A DNA stretch of 64,000 nucleotides. Origin: Eledone cirrhosa. Taxonomy: Eukaryota. Where the stretch lies: contig OZ024746.1 in NCBI GenBank assembly GCA_964016885.1, positions 76,570,001-76,634,000 on the forward strand. The letters run 5' to 3'. The notes beneath the pieces are model-generated. The model saw only the letters and a program-made list of their open reading frames with translations, made no database searches and was not told where the DNA came from. Below are positions 12,847-26,479 of the stretch, piece after piece (within the stretch, counting starts at the first letter, position 1; every line of letters begins with the position of its first letter). The position numbers and the translations under genes were made by a program.

Positions 12847-15800
12847 GACCAACATTACTACTTTACACAGTGTACTAGGTTTTATTTGTGTATATATGAG
12901 AGAATGTATATCTATATGCATGTAAATATTTGTATTAGATCTTTCAATGGAGTCAAACACAGACTAGCAAACAAAACCAGACATGCAGACAAATAAAAAT
13001 AGAAAGAAAAAAATTAAGAATGAAAATCTTTATTTCAAGAAATATACAAATAACAAGTAATAAGTCCAATATATAAATCTAACCAGAGTAAAAGAATAGT
13101 CCCAAGTCCTTCCTATTGTTTCCAATAGGCAATATAGTAAGAATACAGATGTATTCATTGTAAAAATAAATTACTACACATAAATTATCTGTTTCATGAG
13201 GATTAAACAGTATAATTTATATGAAGCATTGTGAAATATGGAAATATGTGGTTAGTATTGTTTGGAGGAAAACTGCTATGATATTAATAAAAAATATAAG
13301 AGTTCTTGTCGGATCTCTGTTGGTTCTGACGACAAGCGTTCTAGTTGTTTGACTAACAAGACCCTTAATAGTTCTCAGGGTGCTTCAGTAAGACAGTGTG
13401 TGGCAAGGCTTGTCCATTTAATTCAGGTACAACTCCTTTTTGCCAGTTGAGTGGACTGGAGCAACATAAAATAAAGTGTCTTGCTTAAGGATACAGCATG
13501 CCATCAGGAAATGACCTCAAACTTACCATTGTGAACCTAACCCTATAAACACTGCCCAATGCACCTTCACTAAAACAAAACAGCATAAACTTTTTCTTTA
13601 TGTTTCATGATATTTAGAGGTTAAGACTATTTTTTAAAGAAATAAATAGTCTTGTAAGTAACACAACACACCTCTTCCTTTTTTTGAAAAATAGGTCCTA
13701 ACCTTGAAATAACATGAAATATATGGTGAAAATTTAAACGTTTTGTTTTGTCTATTTTACTCAACTCTTGTATTTCTAATTTCCATTGTACTGGCTTTCC
13801 CAAAACAATCATAACCACATATCTGTTTATTAGGAATTTTTTTTGTTTATATATATTAAATAGCTAAGCTAGAAGGTCAAACAGGCAGCACCAATGACTT
13901 TTGCAGGGTGTCTTTAGAACCAGAGAGGGAGAAAAGAAGGGAGAAATCACAACTCATGCATTACTAAAGTAAGAAGCGGTGCATTAAACTATCAAGTTAG
14001 CCTCAGATCAAAGACATGGTCTGAAATACTTGCAACAGAGTGGAACCACCTAAACCAGGCAATGTATAAGGACTACCAGTTAGGTTATGTATACTGTCAG
14101 CTAATTATAATTAGTCTACATAATCTATTATTTAATTATTCTGAATGAACTCGGTGAAGATTTCAATAAACAAAAGTGAAATGCAAGCTTATAATAAAGA
14201 ACAATAGTATTCCTAAGAACCATCAAATTGAGTAAAGACTTTGATAAGACATACTTATTCTATATTGTTTTAATTCGGCATAACAGTTACAATTAGAAAC
14301 CACACACACACACACACACAATGGCAGTTCCACTGGTAAAACAGAGGCTAGCATTGTGGGCTCTATGAAAGGCATCATGCTCATCATGGTGTCCTTTTTG
14401 AGGAAATGACCAGATGCCATTTATGGCATCAACCCTTTTAGTTGCCTCTTACAATGCACAGGGATGTGGTGTACCTATTCTAAACCAGATACTTACAGGC
14501 TGGATAAGCACATACACAGACTGGATAAGTAAATACCCACACAGACCACAAATAAAATATTTTATTTAAAAAGAAAACCAAATTTGTCACATTACTGAAT
14601 TTAAAAATTCAGCAGCACATGTAAAATACGGCCGAGCTGGAACTTCCTATTTAAGTGAAGTATTCCCAAATATAAAAACAGTGAAGTTAATGTCCAAATT
14701 TATGAAACCTATCCTAGCCATGTTAGTAGCACCAAAACAAATCTGAAACAATTTTCTTTTTTTTTAATGAATCCTCAAACAAGACATTGTTTTGAATACG
14801 AACCCAGTCAAAACCAGCTCTATTTCTATGAAATAGTATTATCCATGTTAATGGGTGACCCATTTAAATTAAAATCTTCCAGCAATTTTATATAAGAATC
14901 CTGTTAAGTAATAGTTGTAGTAATGATATTATGAATTTTAGTAAAGCCATCAAAATTCTTGAATGATTAATCAAAATACAGTGTATTTCATTGATAATAT
15001 GATCACGAAAGGGTTAATACTCAATTTTTTCTTTCTGAGAATATTATATTTCTATAAATATCTTATCACATGCAAATTAAATTTTTTTCTGCCTTTTTAA
15101 ATGCATTTCCATGTCATCATAATTTAGCCAGCTCCATTTATTCAGAAAAACAGAACTTGATTCATAATACATCAAAACTAGAGAAATAGAATATGCAACA
15201 GAGCATAAAAGTAAATATAATTATGAATTACTAAGGAGATGTAAAACTTCAAAGCAATGATCCCTCTGATGCATGCAGGTGCATGACCATGCAATCGTAA
15301 TGTTGCTGCTCAGTGGTTGGGAAAAATTAGAATATTGCTTTCAAAGAATTGATATAAACTGTTATAATTATTTGATCATATACTCTGCTTCATTACTAAC
15401 TGCATCAACATTTGCAGACTTTACCTAAGACAACAGATAAAGATAGATATAATACAGAAATATATAACGGTTTCTAATTTAGGCACAAGGCCAGCAACTC
15501 TGGGGGAAGAGAGGAATGAGTTGGTTACATCAACCCCAATGCTTGAATACTACTTTATTACATTAGCACTCACCCCTGCTCCACCCACCTCCCAAAAGAA
15601 TAAAAAGCAAATTTGATCTTGGCCAGATTTGAACTCAGAATGTAGAGTCGTAACTAAATACAATAAAGCATTTTTTCCAACTTTTGTACAATAAAGCATT
15701 TTGTACAATAAAGCATTTTGTCCAACTTTAACTGATTCTGCCAATTAATGATAGTGATCATAACTAGTTATATTGGTACAAAATAAAAAATGTGTAAATG

Positions 15801-16559
15801 AAAGAATCAACTGATATTTATTTAATTGATCTTTGATTAAAGAAAGGTAAAGTTGAAAATGGCAGAATTTGAACTCAGTACAAGGAGAATCAAGGCTAAG
15901 TGTTACATTGTAGTTAGTTTAAACCACTACATTTTTTGCCAACTTGCTGCTTTATAATAACATGAATTTCCAATACTGACCACATATTTTGAGTGAAGGC
16001 ATGTGGCCTTGCCGTTAAGATTTTAAACTCACATACGGTCATGGGTTCCAGTCCTGAAGCAGGTGGCACGTTCTGTTGTTGAGCAAAATGATTTATTTCT
16101 GCTGCTCCTGCCAAGAGTCACAACCAGCAGATAGTATCAGCAATGGAAAACCAGTGACAATCAATTCTTTACCTCTTTTTTTCTTACAGTCGATTAAATT
16201 AACCCCTAATATTAGACTGGCATTTTATTTTATTGATCTGACTTTTTAAAGTCAGTGATCTTAGTGAAATTTGAACTTAGAATATAAAAGGCCATACCTA
16301 AATAGTGTAACGCATTTTGTCTAATGACATAACAAGTCTTCCAATCAACTAACCCTGATAATAATTTCTAATTTAAGCCAAAAGCAGCAATTTGGAAGAA
16401 AGGAAACTGATTATGTCGACTGTAGTACTTCACTAGTACTGTATTTTATTGACTCCAGAATGTAATGTACTGTAAATACATATTGCTAGGCATTTTCTCC
16501 AATGCTCTAACAATTCTGCCAATACCCTGCTTTAGCTAGCTCTGATAATGAGTAATAAT

Positions 16560-16763
16560 TATTTCTACTTTTTAGCACAAGGTCAGCAATTTGAAAGGAA
16601 AGGAAAAGTAAAATCGATCCCAGTGCATCACTGGCACTTTTATCGACTCTGTAAGGGCAAAAGGCAAAGCTAGCCTCATTTGGATTTGAACTCAACGTAA
16701 AAGGTCATAACTATATACAACAAAGCATTTTGTTCGACGCTCTACCAATACTGCCAATTCAAT
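16560..16763 (-). mobile_element. SINE family 3 with ~21-bp TSD, in a head-to-tail cluster
   Basis: GCTCTGATAATGAGTAATAAT at 16539-16559 and 16764-16784. Confidence 0.8.
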
Positions 16764-17484
16764 GCTCTGATAATGAGTAATAATAATTCCTGAAGTAGTT
16801 ATTTTGCCTCACAGTTCTGTACATCAGAGAAAAATAAGAAATTGAAATGCCCAGCTCTTTCTCAACATTGTAAGTAGAATGGCTTCAATATAAAGTTGAA
16901 ATTGGGTCACAGAGTTGTACTGAAAAATTACCACAGCTTGAAAATGAGCAAAATTGTTATAACTATTTCATTAGTTAGCAAAAATCTATTATGCAAGCAG
17001 CACAAAATCCATTAGCCTTGACAACAGTAAGCCTGTTGTGAGGACTGGACTTGAAACTATCAACTATTGAACTTCATAATACCAATAGAAAATATCTTGA
17101 AATCTGTTTATTGCTGCATATTTCAATTCCACTAACTCTTATTATACTCCATCCATAAACATAGCTGTGTTATAATTTAGTGGGTAAACAGGATATTACA
17201 TATTCTATCTACAAAACAATAGGTACTAGTGTATATTATTTTTAAATTGTGGTTTAGTGACTAATAGCAATAATTACTGATTTTCTAACTAAATGTGACA
17301 AATCAAAAAGAAAATCATAGCTAGCACACTTAAAACAACACAATCTTCCTTTTATTATGAATTAAAAATTGCATGGCAAACAAATAGGTTACCAGTGATC
17401 TAAAAATAGTTTGAAGTTACAGATGAGAATGGATATGACATGATGGTTTAAAATCTTTAACCACACTTTTCATAGCCAAAATGA

Positions 17485-18075
17485 AAATGATTAATCCTTT
17501 CAGAATTTACAAAGCATCATTAGAATTATGCTTAATTAAAATCACATACATACAAAACATTGTTCATATCCAGAAATAATATATAGAATTATTACACCTT
17601 TCAGAATTTACAAAGAATCTTTAGCAATACACTTATTTGAAATCACATATGCAATATTGTTCATAAGCAGAAATATGAAGAAAAGAATTAGAATGATTAA
17701 CCCTTTCAGAATTTACAAAAAAAATCTTTAGAATTATACTTAAATCCTAACAACCTATACCACATGAAACCACATTTACAAGGTAGTCATGAAAAGTATA
17801 AAACAGTATTATGACTGTGTCACATTAAAAGTCTTTAATACTGAAACTTTCATAACAATCTATTCACTAATAAAGACACTATAAACATTTGTATTAACAG
17901 AAAATATCTGAAAATAGTCTAGTTAATTCATTACAAGATGTTAAGTGTTAAAATCACATACACATGCAATGTTGTCTATAGCCATAAATAATACAAAGAG
18001 AAAGAGAATGATTAACCACTTCTGAATTTACAAAGAACCCTTATTATTATACTTAATTTAAAATCACATAAGCAA
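17485..18075. repeat. ~100-bp AT-rich minisatellite, about 4 units, split by a MITE
   Basis: Recurring cctttcagaatttacaaag...aaatcacata. Confidence 0.8.
17744..17947 (+). mobile_element. MITE family B inserted into a ~100-bp minisatellite
   Basis: TTAA at 17740-17743 and 17948-17951; body homologous to 29780-29983. Confidence 0.7.
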
Positions 18076-18394
18076 TATATTATTTTAGGTGTTTAATATA
18101 TGAAAAGAGAGGTAGAATTGAAAACATAGTCACAACCTATTGTATTTGTCTCAGTGTAGCTGGAAAATATTCAACTTCATAAATGGTGATTGTTTTTTTT
18201 TAAATATAATAGGTAATCCAGCCATAAAATATCTACTTCAAAGACACAAGCAGGGTTGGCACAGCCATTAAGATAAACTAGGCAGCCACCTATGGCACAG
18301 ACCTCAGTGAGGTACATTATCAAATCTTAAAATGAAATGATCACAATTTTAAAAACTTTTTTTATAATTAATTTAGATACATAATTTCCAGCAA

Positions 18395-18680
18395 TCAATA
18401 AAATCACAAAACATCTTTGCTGCATAGCAGTATCATGGAAATATCCAAAGTGGGAGAGACAGTCACGTGGTGTTATGACCTGTCACATGATTCGGCATGG
18501 GTGAGTGTGGACTATGAAGTGAAAAATGCAGGCTTAGTAATTTTTCTAGTGTGATCACAGCAAGAAGTGTTAAAAATAGGTTCATCAGCTTACCAAACTA
18601 AGTTGAAATTATTTTATTAGAGAGAATGGGGCATATATCTGGGAGAATGAGGTGTGCATTGTGGAGCTAGCCTAGAGGCA
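18395..18680. repeat. Unclassified dispersed repeat, copy 2
   Basis: Same blocks as copy 1. Confidence 0.8.
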
Positions 18681-19056
18681 TCAGATACCCAGGCACCAAC
18701 TCTGGACACATGCAAATGTCTAAATCCAAATCTAACCCATGCATGCAGAGAAACATATAACAAAAAGGAAAAAAGAATCTAGTATAAACTAATGTTTTTT
18801 GTTTTGTGTTTTATTATTGCAATTCCCAGTCCTGATGAGTAAAACCACAGATTCGAAATCTAAGGGAGATGAATTCAATTTCATTTTTGGAAGTTGAGTT
18901 CAAATTTCATTGATTGGTTTTCACATCTGTTAATGGATTGGTGCTGAAAGTGTTGTAAAAATATCCTACAGAATGTCAAATTCCATCAAATATTGTACAA
19001 TACTTAAAACTAATACACAAATATTTAAAATGTCTGATTAAAAAAATAAAAATTAA

Positions 19057-19220
19057 ATATATACACACATACACACACACATGTACACATATGTATATAC
19101 ATATATACACACACATACATACATATGTATGTATATATATATATATACACATATATATATATACATATGTATGTGTGTATACATATATGTATGTATGTAT
19201 GTGTGTGTGTGTGTGTGTGT
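19057..19220. repeat. Compound (CA/TA/TG) microsatellite
   Basis: About 160 bp of alternating purine-pyrimidine. Confidence 0.95.
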
Positions 19221-19385
19221 TTCTCAATCTATAATATAGGAATATTTAACAACAATAATCATTTTAATAATTATAATTAGACTATATAGAGCATAGCCGT
19301 ATTAAATAGATGTTTAAATAGACATGTGACATTAACAACATTTAAAGAATCATTCATATAAATTTTTAATGATAAATATGCTAAC

Positions 19386-19489
19386 CTTTTTCTTGTTCTC
19401 GTCTAGTAAATTCCTCTTCTTGGCGTCTTTCAATTTCTTCCAATACACGTCGCATTTCTTCGTTACGATGAAGTTTTTCATAATTATCT
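19386..19489 (-). CDS. APBA1: Next coding exon of the Mint gene (104 bp): (R)DNYEKLHRNEEMRRVLEEIERRQEEEFTRREQEK
   Basis: Acceptor ttttgttcctttcttttatatAG and donor AAG|GTTAGC. Starts in phase 2 and completes the AG|A Arg codon of the upstream exon; open frame; unique sequence. Confidence 0.8.
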
Positions 19490-19749
19490 CTATATAAAAG
19501 AAAGGAACAAAACTAAAAACAAATATAATAAATTATGGGGTATTTGGGAAATGTTCCCTACACAACACACTGGATCATAATATAATTCAGTAAACTAATT
19601 GCTATATCATAATCTTCATTATTATGACTTAAAATATTGAGCAATTAACTCCCATCAACATTTATTTGGGCAGATGAATATTTCCATTGCTGAATTAATG
19701 GATAAATATTGAAAAGAAAAAAGAAGAAATTAAACAATGAAAGAAGGGG

Positions 19750-21190
19750 GACGTAAGAGCAAATGAGAGACAGCACATATACCAATGGCATGCTCCAGCT
19801 GTGCCTTGCAGACAAAATGGTGAAGGCATCGCAAGAGGATAGCCAGCAACACTCAATGCAACCAACACCATACCTCACAGGATTCCTTCCTGAGGCAGGC
19901 TGCAGTCTTTCTGATTTTGCAAAGTAAAACAACAGTTCAGCGACAGAGAAATCCTGAGGTCTCAACGACGACCAGAACAAAAAAGAAGCAGTCAGTTAAG
20001 CCCCCAGTATTTGGTTATTTTCCTCTCTTCTGCATTGCAAATGGAGGTGCCTGGGTTTGCAGCCAAAACAACAAGGTTGGAGGTGGAGAACAAGTTTCAG
20101 CACTTGGCATCCTAGATTAGGGATTTACCTCCCCCAAATGGGAAGTGGTTTATCCCATCTGGGCACTTACCATCACTGCAGTTGAGGCCAACTGACTATG
20201 TAATGTCATAGATAACCAACGCAAAGATGAGCTAGCCGAGTGGGCAATGTCACCAACAGGCAATGCAAAGAGAAGGAAGCTGAGTGGGTTGCCTTGCTCC
20301 ACACCTGTGGCTGAAGTGACCTTGTTGCCAGCAGCAATAAATGTGCTGTGTGTCCCATAAGAGATATGCAAGAGGGAGAATAGAAGGAGCCCATCTTAAA
20401 CACATCTGTAAGATGTGATCTTGTATGTCCAGCTTCACCATGAGGTGACAAAGAGGACATGTGCTCAATGAAGGCCATATAAGCAGCAACCATATAAGCT
20501 GGCCATATAAGCAGCAACCTCACAACCTCACTTAGGTCCACCATGACTGACCTGCAGGCTATTTTGTCCACAAGCTTCAGAAAGATGTTGCCCACTGTTA
20601 TGGGTTGGATGCCTCCACCATTCTTCTTTAACACAGTTAGATTAGCTGAGAAGAAAAGATCACAGGCATGGTGAGGAGGTTGGCTTGGAGAAAATTTTGT
20701 TAGAGCAGTAATTGACCAAAGCAAACATATTCATGCTTCAGGAGAGTATGGCAAGATTAAATCTCTTAGGTGGCCAGGTCACAGGCCATCTACTCTGTTA
20801 CTGCTGCTCCCAGAGAATGATCTCAGGGCAGCTACCACATCTTCACTAGATGCGGTCACTGGCAGGAGCTTCAAAGTCCCTGATATCGGTCAGAGCATCC
20901 GAATGATTAAGGTGGAGAGTAGCCAAGACATCAGGTGTGGGCCGATGTACTGTGTTGCTCTAAGCCAACACACACATTGCAGAAGAAATGTCACCCTCAA
21001 TCAGTTTACAATTAACTCGCTCACAGAGACGTTTTGTACAGTTGAAAAAGGACTGTTACATGCAGTATTGGAGCAGGCAGGCAGCAGGAGAGAATGGAGT
21101 GGCTAGTTGGAGAGGGGTGTCAGAAGGAGGCGATATTGCCCCTGAGCCTCAAAGTCAGAGAGGGGACTGAATGTTCTCTAGCTAACAGGA
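19750..21190 (-). mobile_element. CRE-clade-like (restriction-like-endonuclease) non-LTR retrotransposon relic
   Basis: KLIEGDISSA, SFSGSSSNRVDGL*PGHLRDL, FFSANLTVLKKNGGGIQPITVGNIFLKLVDK, SATGVEQGNPLSFLLFAL, C-terminal CDAFTILSA; many stops and deletions. Confidence 0.7.
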
Positions 21191-22729
21191 TCCCAAGTTC
21201 AAGTGTCATAAAACTGAATATCAACCAAATTCAAAACCCTAAATAGTTAATATATTGTGAACTATAAAAATGTATCTTATTGAAAGGCATACTATGATAT
21301 ATGTAGAATAATGTGCTCTGCTCAAAGTCAAAAGTGCCTGTGCATGACTTAGCAGTTAGTGTTGAGCTCTCTAAGATATGTTCTCACTGAAACCAAGATT
21401 TATCCTTGCCAATGGCAACTTTTCAAATAAATAAAGTCTACTTTCTGATAAAGAGACTAGGGTAAATAGTTAACTCAATTACAGCCTTGGGTGGTAGACA
21501 TAATCTGTAGCCAAGTTTAACATCACCACCTAGCCATTAAATTTCTATTGCAGAGTCAACACTGATACAAGATTTAGATCAGGTTTCCAATTTGACGATA
21601 GCTTCCTCTCTTCTCACCAGTCATGAATGCCCTGGAAGGAGTGATGGGCACTGTCCTTCCTTCTGACAGAGTAATAAAACAAATGACTCAATATCTATCA
21701 TTTATCCACCATAATTATTACATAAACATCTTACACATAATACAACTTAAATTTTTAATTACATCATCATCTCTAAAATAAAATACTTGATGTGGTGGTT
21801 CATTCATCCAATGTTATGTTTGACAACACATAGATATTTAACATGGGTTGAAGGAGAAGTATACATACTGAGCAGAACGGCAGATAAAGAGTGAGAGAGA
21901 GAGAGAGGCAAACAATGGAAAATTTAAGCATGCACATGCACACAATGACATCCATTGACCATTTGTACAAAGTTTAATATTTCTTTTCACTCTTTTACAA
22001 ATGGAATCTAATGAAATATATATTCCTTTTCCCAATTGTTTATAGTGTTTGAACATGTTTATGTATTTATCTACTGTTACCCAGAGTGGCAAATATATAA
22101 TCCCAAAATTACTTGTCATATACTAGATAATACATTACAGTTTCAATACACCACCCAATTCAGGCCATAACTTTTACCAGATAACTGAACACTTTCAAAT
22201 CTGGGTATTTCCTTTCTTGACAGATTATAATCCTACACAGTTATATTTTATCAGAAATTTTTAATATACATTAATATCAAGTTTTGATCGTACATTAAAA
22301 TTCCACCACACGTAACTCCTTAGCTTTCTTTAATATAGTCTATTACTCAAATACATTCCTTACATACAGTCACAAAGAAATGAATGTGCAATACAAGAAA
22401 AATGTTTATCAATTTTATTTCTTTGTTAAAAAATAAAAAATCATCTTGATAATATTGAAATCTGCATCATAACTATTCCATATACAATTCTATATATTAA
22501 TAGTTGAAAAGATGGAACACCACCAACAAAGTCTTGAAATAATATATGTTACTTTAATAACAATAAATGCATTCGTTTTATTCAAACAATATTAGATGAA
22601 TGAATATTGAACTTGACAGCTTTTTACAATCCATCTCAGGACGTTATATTAAAAGAGTCAGTATTTCCATATTGAAATCATGTTTTTTGTTAGCAATAAA
22701 ATTTTGAGATTAATGGCAGATCATATTAA

Positions 22730-23027
22730 CCCTTTCGATAGAATATATAAAATCCCCAAATAAAGTTTGCATTCTACTCAATTTTCCTTCCAATATTTAT
22801 AATTTAGCAATAAATAGTTATTTCTATTATTTCCATTGTTAATCATATTGAACAATGCTGATATTATTGGAATAAAATTGTCCTAATTTATAATACTGCC
22901 AGGACAAAAGTGTCCTATGTGTATATGTTTTTGAAAAATGCACATAAAAATACATGTTGCTAGTTTAATTTGATCAAAATTAAACATTTTCAATAAAAAA
23001 AATTTTTTTCCTCCAGTATTGAAAGTG
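22730..23027. mobile_element. TTAA-flanked MITE family D (single copy here)
   Basis: TTAA|CCCTTTCGATA ... TATTGAAAGTG|TTAA; 298 bp; body unlike families A-C. Confidence 0.55.
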
Positions 23028-23909
23028 TTAAGAATGATAACCTTACAATTTCAAATACTAGAATTTTTTCAATATTTTGACATGTATGTGTGTGTGTGCA
23101 TGTGCATACATTTATATAAATATGCAAACACAGATACGCTTACAAAAATACATACTTACAAGACACAAATACACACTAACACACACATATATTTACAAAC
23201 ACACACACACACAGCGTAGTTCTTTCACCATCCCCTTCCTTCCTTTTACACACACATACATTCATGCAGGCAGCGTCAAACTACTCTTCTCTCTTTACGT
23301 GTTGTGACAGAATCGCAGAAATTTATATATAGACTAGTATAGAAGTGAATTGATGTTATTACATGAAAAATAATTTTTTAATAAATTTAATTTGAAGGGA
23401 TAGGAAACCATAATTTGCTCTTACATTCCGTATTTGGTAAGGTTTCTAAGGCTGGATGACCTTCGTAATGCCAGCCATTTTACAGTGTACAAGCTACATT
23501 TTATTATGATACCAGCATGACTTTACAGAGTTTACCGGATGCATTTTACCCTAGCACCAAAACTATACATATGACTATACCAATGTAGTCTGCTTTTTCA
23601 CACTACATCCAAGAATGTCTGTGTGTGCAACCGTCTGTCCAAGTGTGTGTGTCCATCCATCTGTGTGCATGTGCCTGTCCGTGTGTTTGCATCTGTCTAC
23701 CATCCATGTGCAGTGCCTCCCATGCTACTTGAGGTCACTCCTCCTCTACCAACTAGGACCAGCCCTATCACTTAAAATCCTAATATACCAGTCATAACCC
23801 CACTCTCAGTAACTTATCCCAGTACCTCCCACACTACTCCTTTATATCCCACCACACCACCAGTAACAGCTTTGTATCATAGAACCATGGGCAGTTTCAG
23901 ATGATTTCG

Positions 23910-24026
23910 TAAAAACATAGTTACAATAATTCTACAAAATAATATATTCACAGAAGTATTCATCTAAAAACATATAGTTACAATAATTCTACAAAATAAT
24001 ATATTCACAGAAGTATTCATCTAAAA
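23910..24026. repeat. Near-perfect ~57-bp tandem duplication
   Basis: atagttacaataattctacaaaataatatattcacagaagtattcatctaaaa occurs twice. Confidence 0.9.
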
Positions 24027-25519
24027 GCTGTCGTGGCATAGAGCCGTCGTGAAAAATCATGGCACTATTAACATGGTGGAACATAAGGCTCAAGATTGCG
24101 GGTTCAAGCCTCATGCTGGGAGAAGAATAGTTTGGGTTTGTGAAGGCACATGGCCTCGTAGTTAAGATGTTCGACCCACATTCATAAGACTGAGTTCAAT
24201 TCCTAAACCAGTTGGTGCATTGTGTTCTTGAGCAAGATGTTTCATTTCACATTGCTTTTTTAAGGAAGGTCAGGGGCTCCTATCACCAAAACACCCAAGA
24301 AGTCTATATAATGCAACCTTGTGTTAGGCCAGCTATACCTGCATAGGTGTGAGCTGTATATTTTTTTTTAATAATTAATATACTCACAGTGGTTCCAACT
24401 GATATCACTTTATGCTACAACCCAGTTTAAAAAATTGATAAAAGAGCTATGGACCCTTGAAACCCAAGCTATTGCAATATCTATTCCTTTCACTTGATGG
24501 GAAGGGCTGGACCTTTGGCTCTATGCAGTGGCATCCTGTTCAAGGAGTTGGTGTAGTTCTCAATTCCAAAGTTTGTTCGCGGCAACAGCAGCAGCCACGA
24601 TGACTATGACAATGATGATGATGGTACAAATGAAATAGTTTGTAGCCATATTGTTATTCTTATTTTAGCAGTAAACATATATTGAGTAAACTAATATAAA
24701 TTACTAATATTTCTGGCATGGTTTCTACAGCTAGATGTCCTTACTATCACCAACACATTTACAGAGTGTACTGAGTGAATTTTCTTGTAGTACCAACACT
24801 AGGAAGGCTGTCATGTCACTGACACAACTGAAGAGTTCTCTCATCCTTTTTTGACATGGCTTCTAGGGCTGGATTTCCTTCTAAAAATGCCACCCTCTTT
24901 ACAGAGTGTACTGTGTAAATTAATTAACAAGTCAGCATTTAGTATTTTTTTTAAATACTACATATTGTCCAATTGTACTACATATTGAGAACAATTTTGC
25001 ATATTGTTGCAAGAGGAAGTGAAATTAAAAATAAATATTTATCAGAATAAATTATTTCATATCAGTTGATTGAATTTATTTATAAAACAACAGCAACTTA
25101 ATAGTCATTAGTTTTAAATGCCTTACCAACCAAAAATCTATGGTAATAGGAATCACAGTGGAAATAGCAACCAAATTTCTTTTGAATTATCCCTTAGCAT
25201 CTTGAAAAAAGTAGAACACATGGTATAATGATCATAAGATTCTTAATGCCCAAGAGAGGCAGGATGGTCACAGCTGGAACACCTTCCACTATAAGTTTCA
25301 GGGCTGACCTATGCCCAAACAATAGCAAATTCTATTTTCATTGGAAACAATAAAATATATTTTAACCCTTTTAATAACACATTTCTAATAAATGATATTG
25401 CCTCTGACTTGAAAATCATTTCGAAAATCAAGAATTTTGGGTAACTTAAGTTGATGTTTCGAATAAGACAAAGGTTCTTACATAAAATTATGATGGAAAG
25501 GTTTTAGATAAATATAAAC

Positions 25520-25876
25520 ACAAAATGAGCTCAGCCCACACTGGAAGGTGGAAGTGCTGATGTCATAATAAAATATGCTCAGCCCACACTGTACAGTGGT
25601 AGTGCTGATGTCACAATAAAATGCACTCAGTCCATACTGTACAGTGATAGTGGTAGTGCTGGTGTCACAGGAAAAAAGCACCCAGTCTAACCTGTCAGGT
25701 GGTAGTGGTGATACCACAAGAAAAACTCTGCATACACCTTGAAGTGGTTGGTATTAGAAAGAGCATCCAGCTGTAGAAACCATGCCAAAGTGGAACATAT
25801 GAGTAAAACAGTCATTTGACCTGTCTGTCTACTCATGCAAGCATAGAAAATAGATAAGTGATGAAGATGATGATGA
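25520..25876 (+). repeat. RTE-type 3' end with ~5 diverged ~48-bp units
   Basis: Repeats of ctcagcccacactg..gtggtagtgctgatgtca followed by ggttggtattagaaagagcatccagc and a gatgatgat tail. Confidence 0.8.
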
Positions 25877-26479
25877 GAGCTTTAAAACAAATTTTGTATA
25901 GAAATGGCCATGCTGGAAGAGAAACTGTTAAAGATATCAAGATAAAACTTTCAGCAATTGTTTACAATGGTTTAACCTTGAATTAGTTGAACCAATGCAG
26001 GAGCTTCTACACAGTCACTGAACCTGTTAGAATTAGCAGCCAAATCTCACTTAAAATACACTCTACTGACATAAGAAGAGAAGGAGTACAATGTCCTGGG
26101 TACAATCTGAAATAAAAATGAAATTAATGAAATCTACAGCTCACCTCTGCAGGTTTCACTGACCTACGAGGTGGCTAATCATAATTTTCTGGGTCCTATC
26201 ATGAAAAGCAATGTGAAATGAAGCATCTTGCTCAAGAACATGCCACCTGGTCCAGGAATTGAACCTATAATCCTGAGTCCAACACCCTAACATCTAGGTC
26301 AAACACTTTAACAATATGCCATTAAAAAAGAAGACAAGCTAATCACAGCTGGAAGACAGGCTAAACAATAAGTTGACAAAAAAATAAACAGAACAATATG
26401 AAGATCAACACCAAGAATTTGAAAAATTAACAATCCTGCACAAAAGAAACAAACCAAACATAGTAAAGGTAAGATCATT

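Noticed and set aside
12568-12960. Short ORFs rich in H/T/C/V (also 18976-19227, 23019-23307) and ORFs antisense to RTE copies (for example 51099-51728)
   Set aside because: Translations of microsatellites or shadow frames of retrotransposon coding sequence.
18825-18875. CTGATGAG...CGAAA hammerhead-like core
   Set aside because: Stem II pairs poorly, stems I and III cannot be formed, and there is no linked Penelope coding remnant.
24060-24210. tRNA-like sequences with A/B boxes
   Set aside because: No complete cloverleaf; they are SINE heads continuing into SINE bodies.
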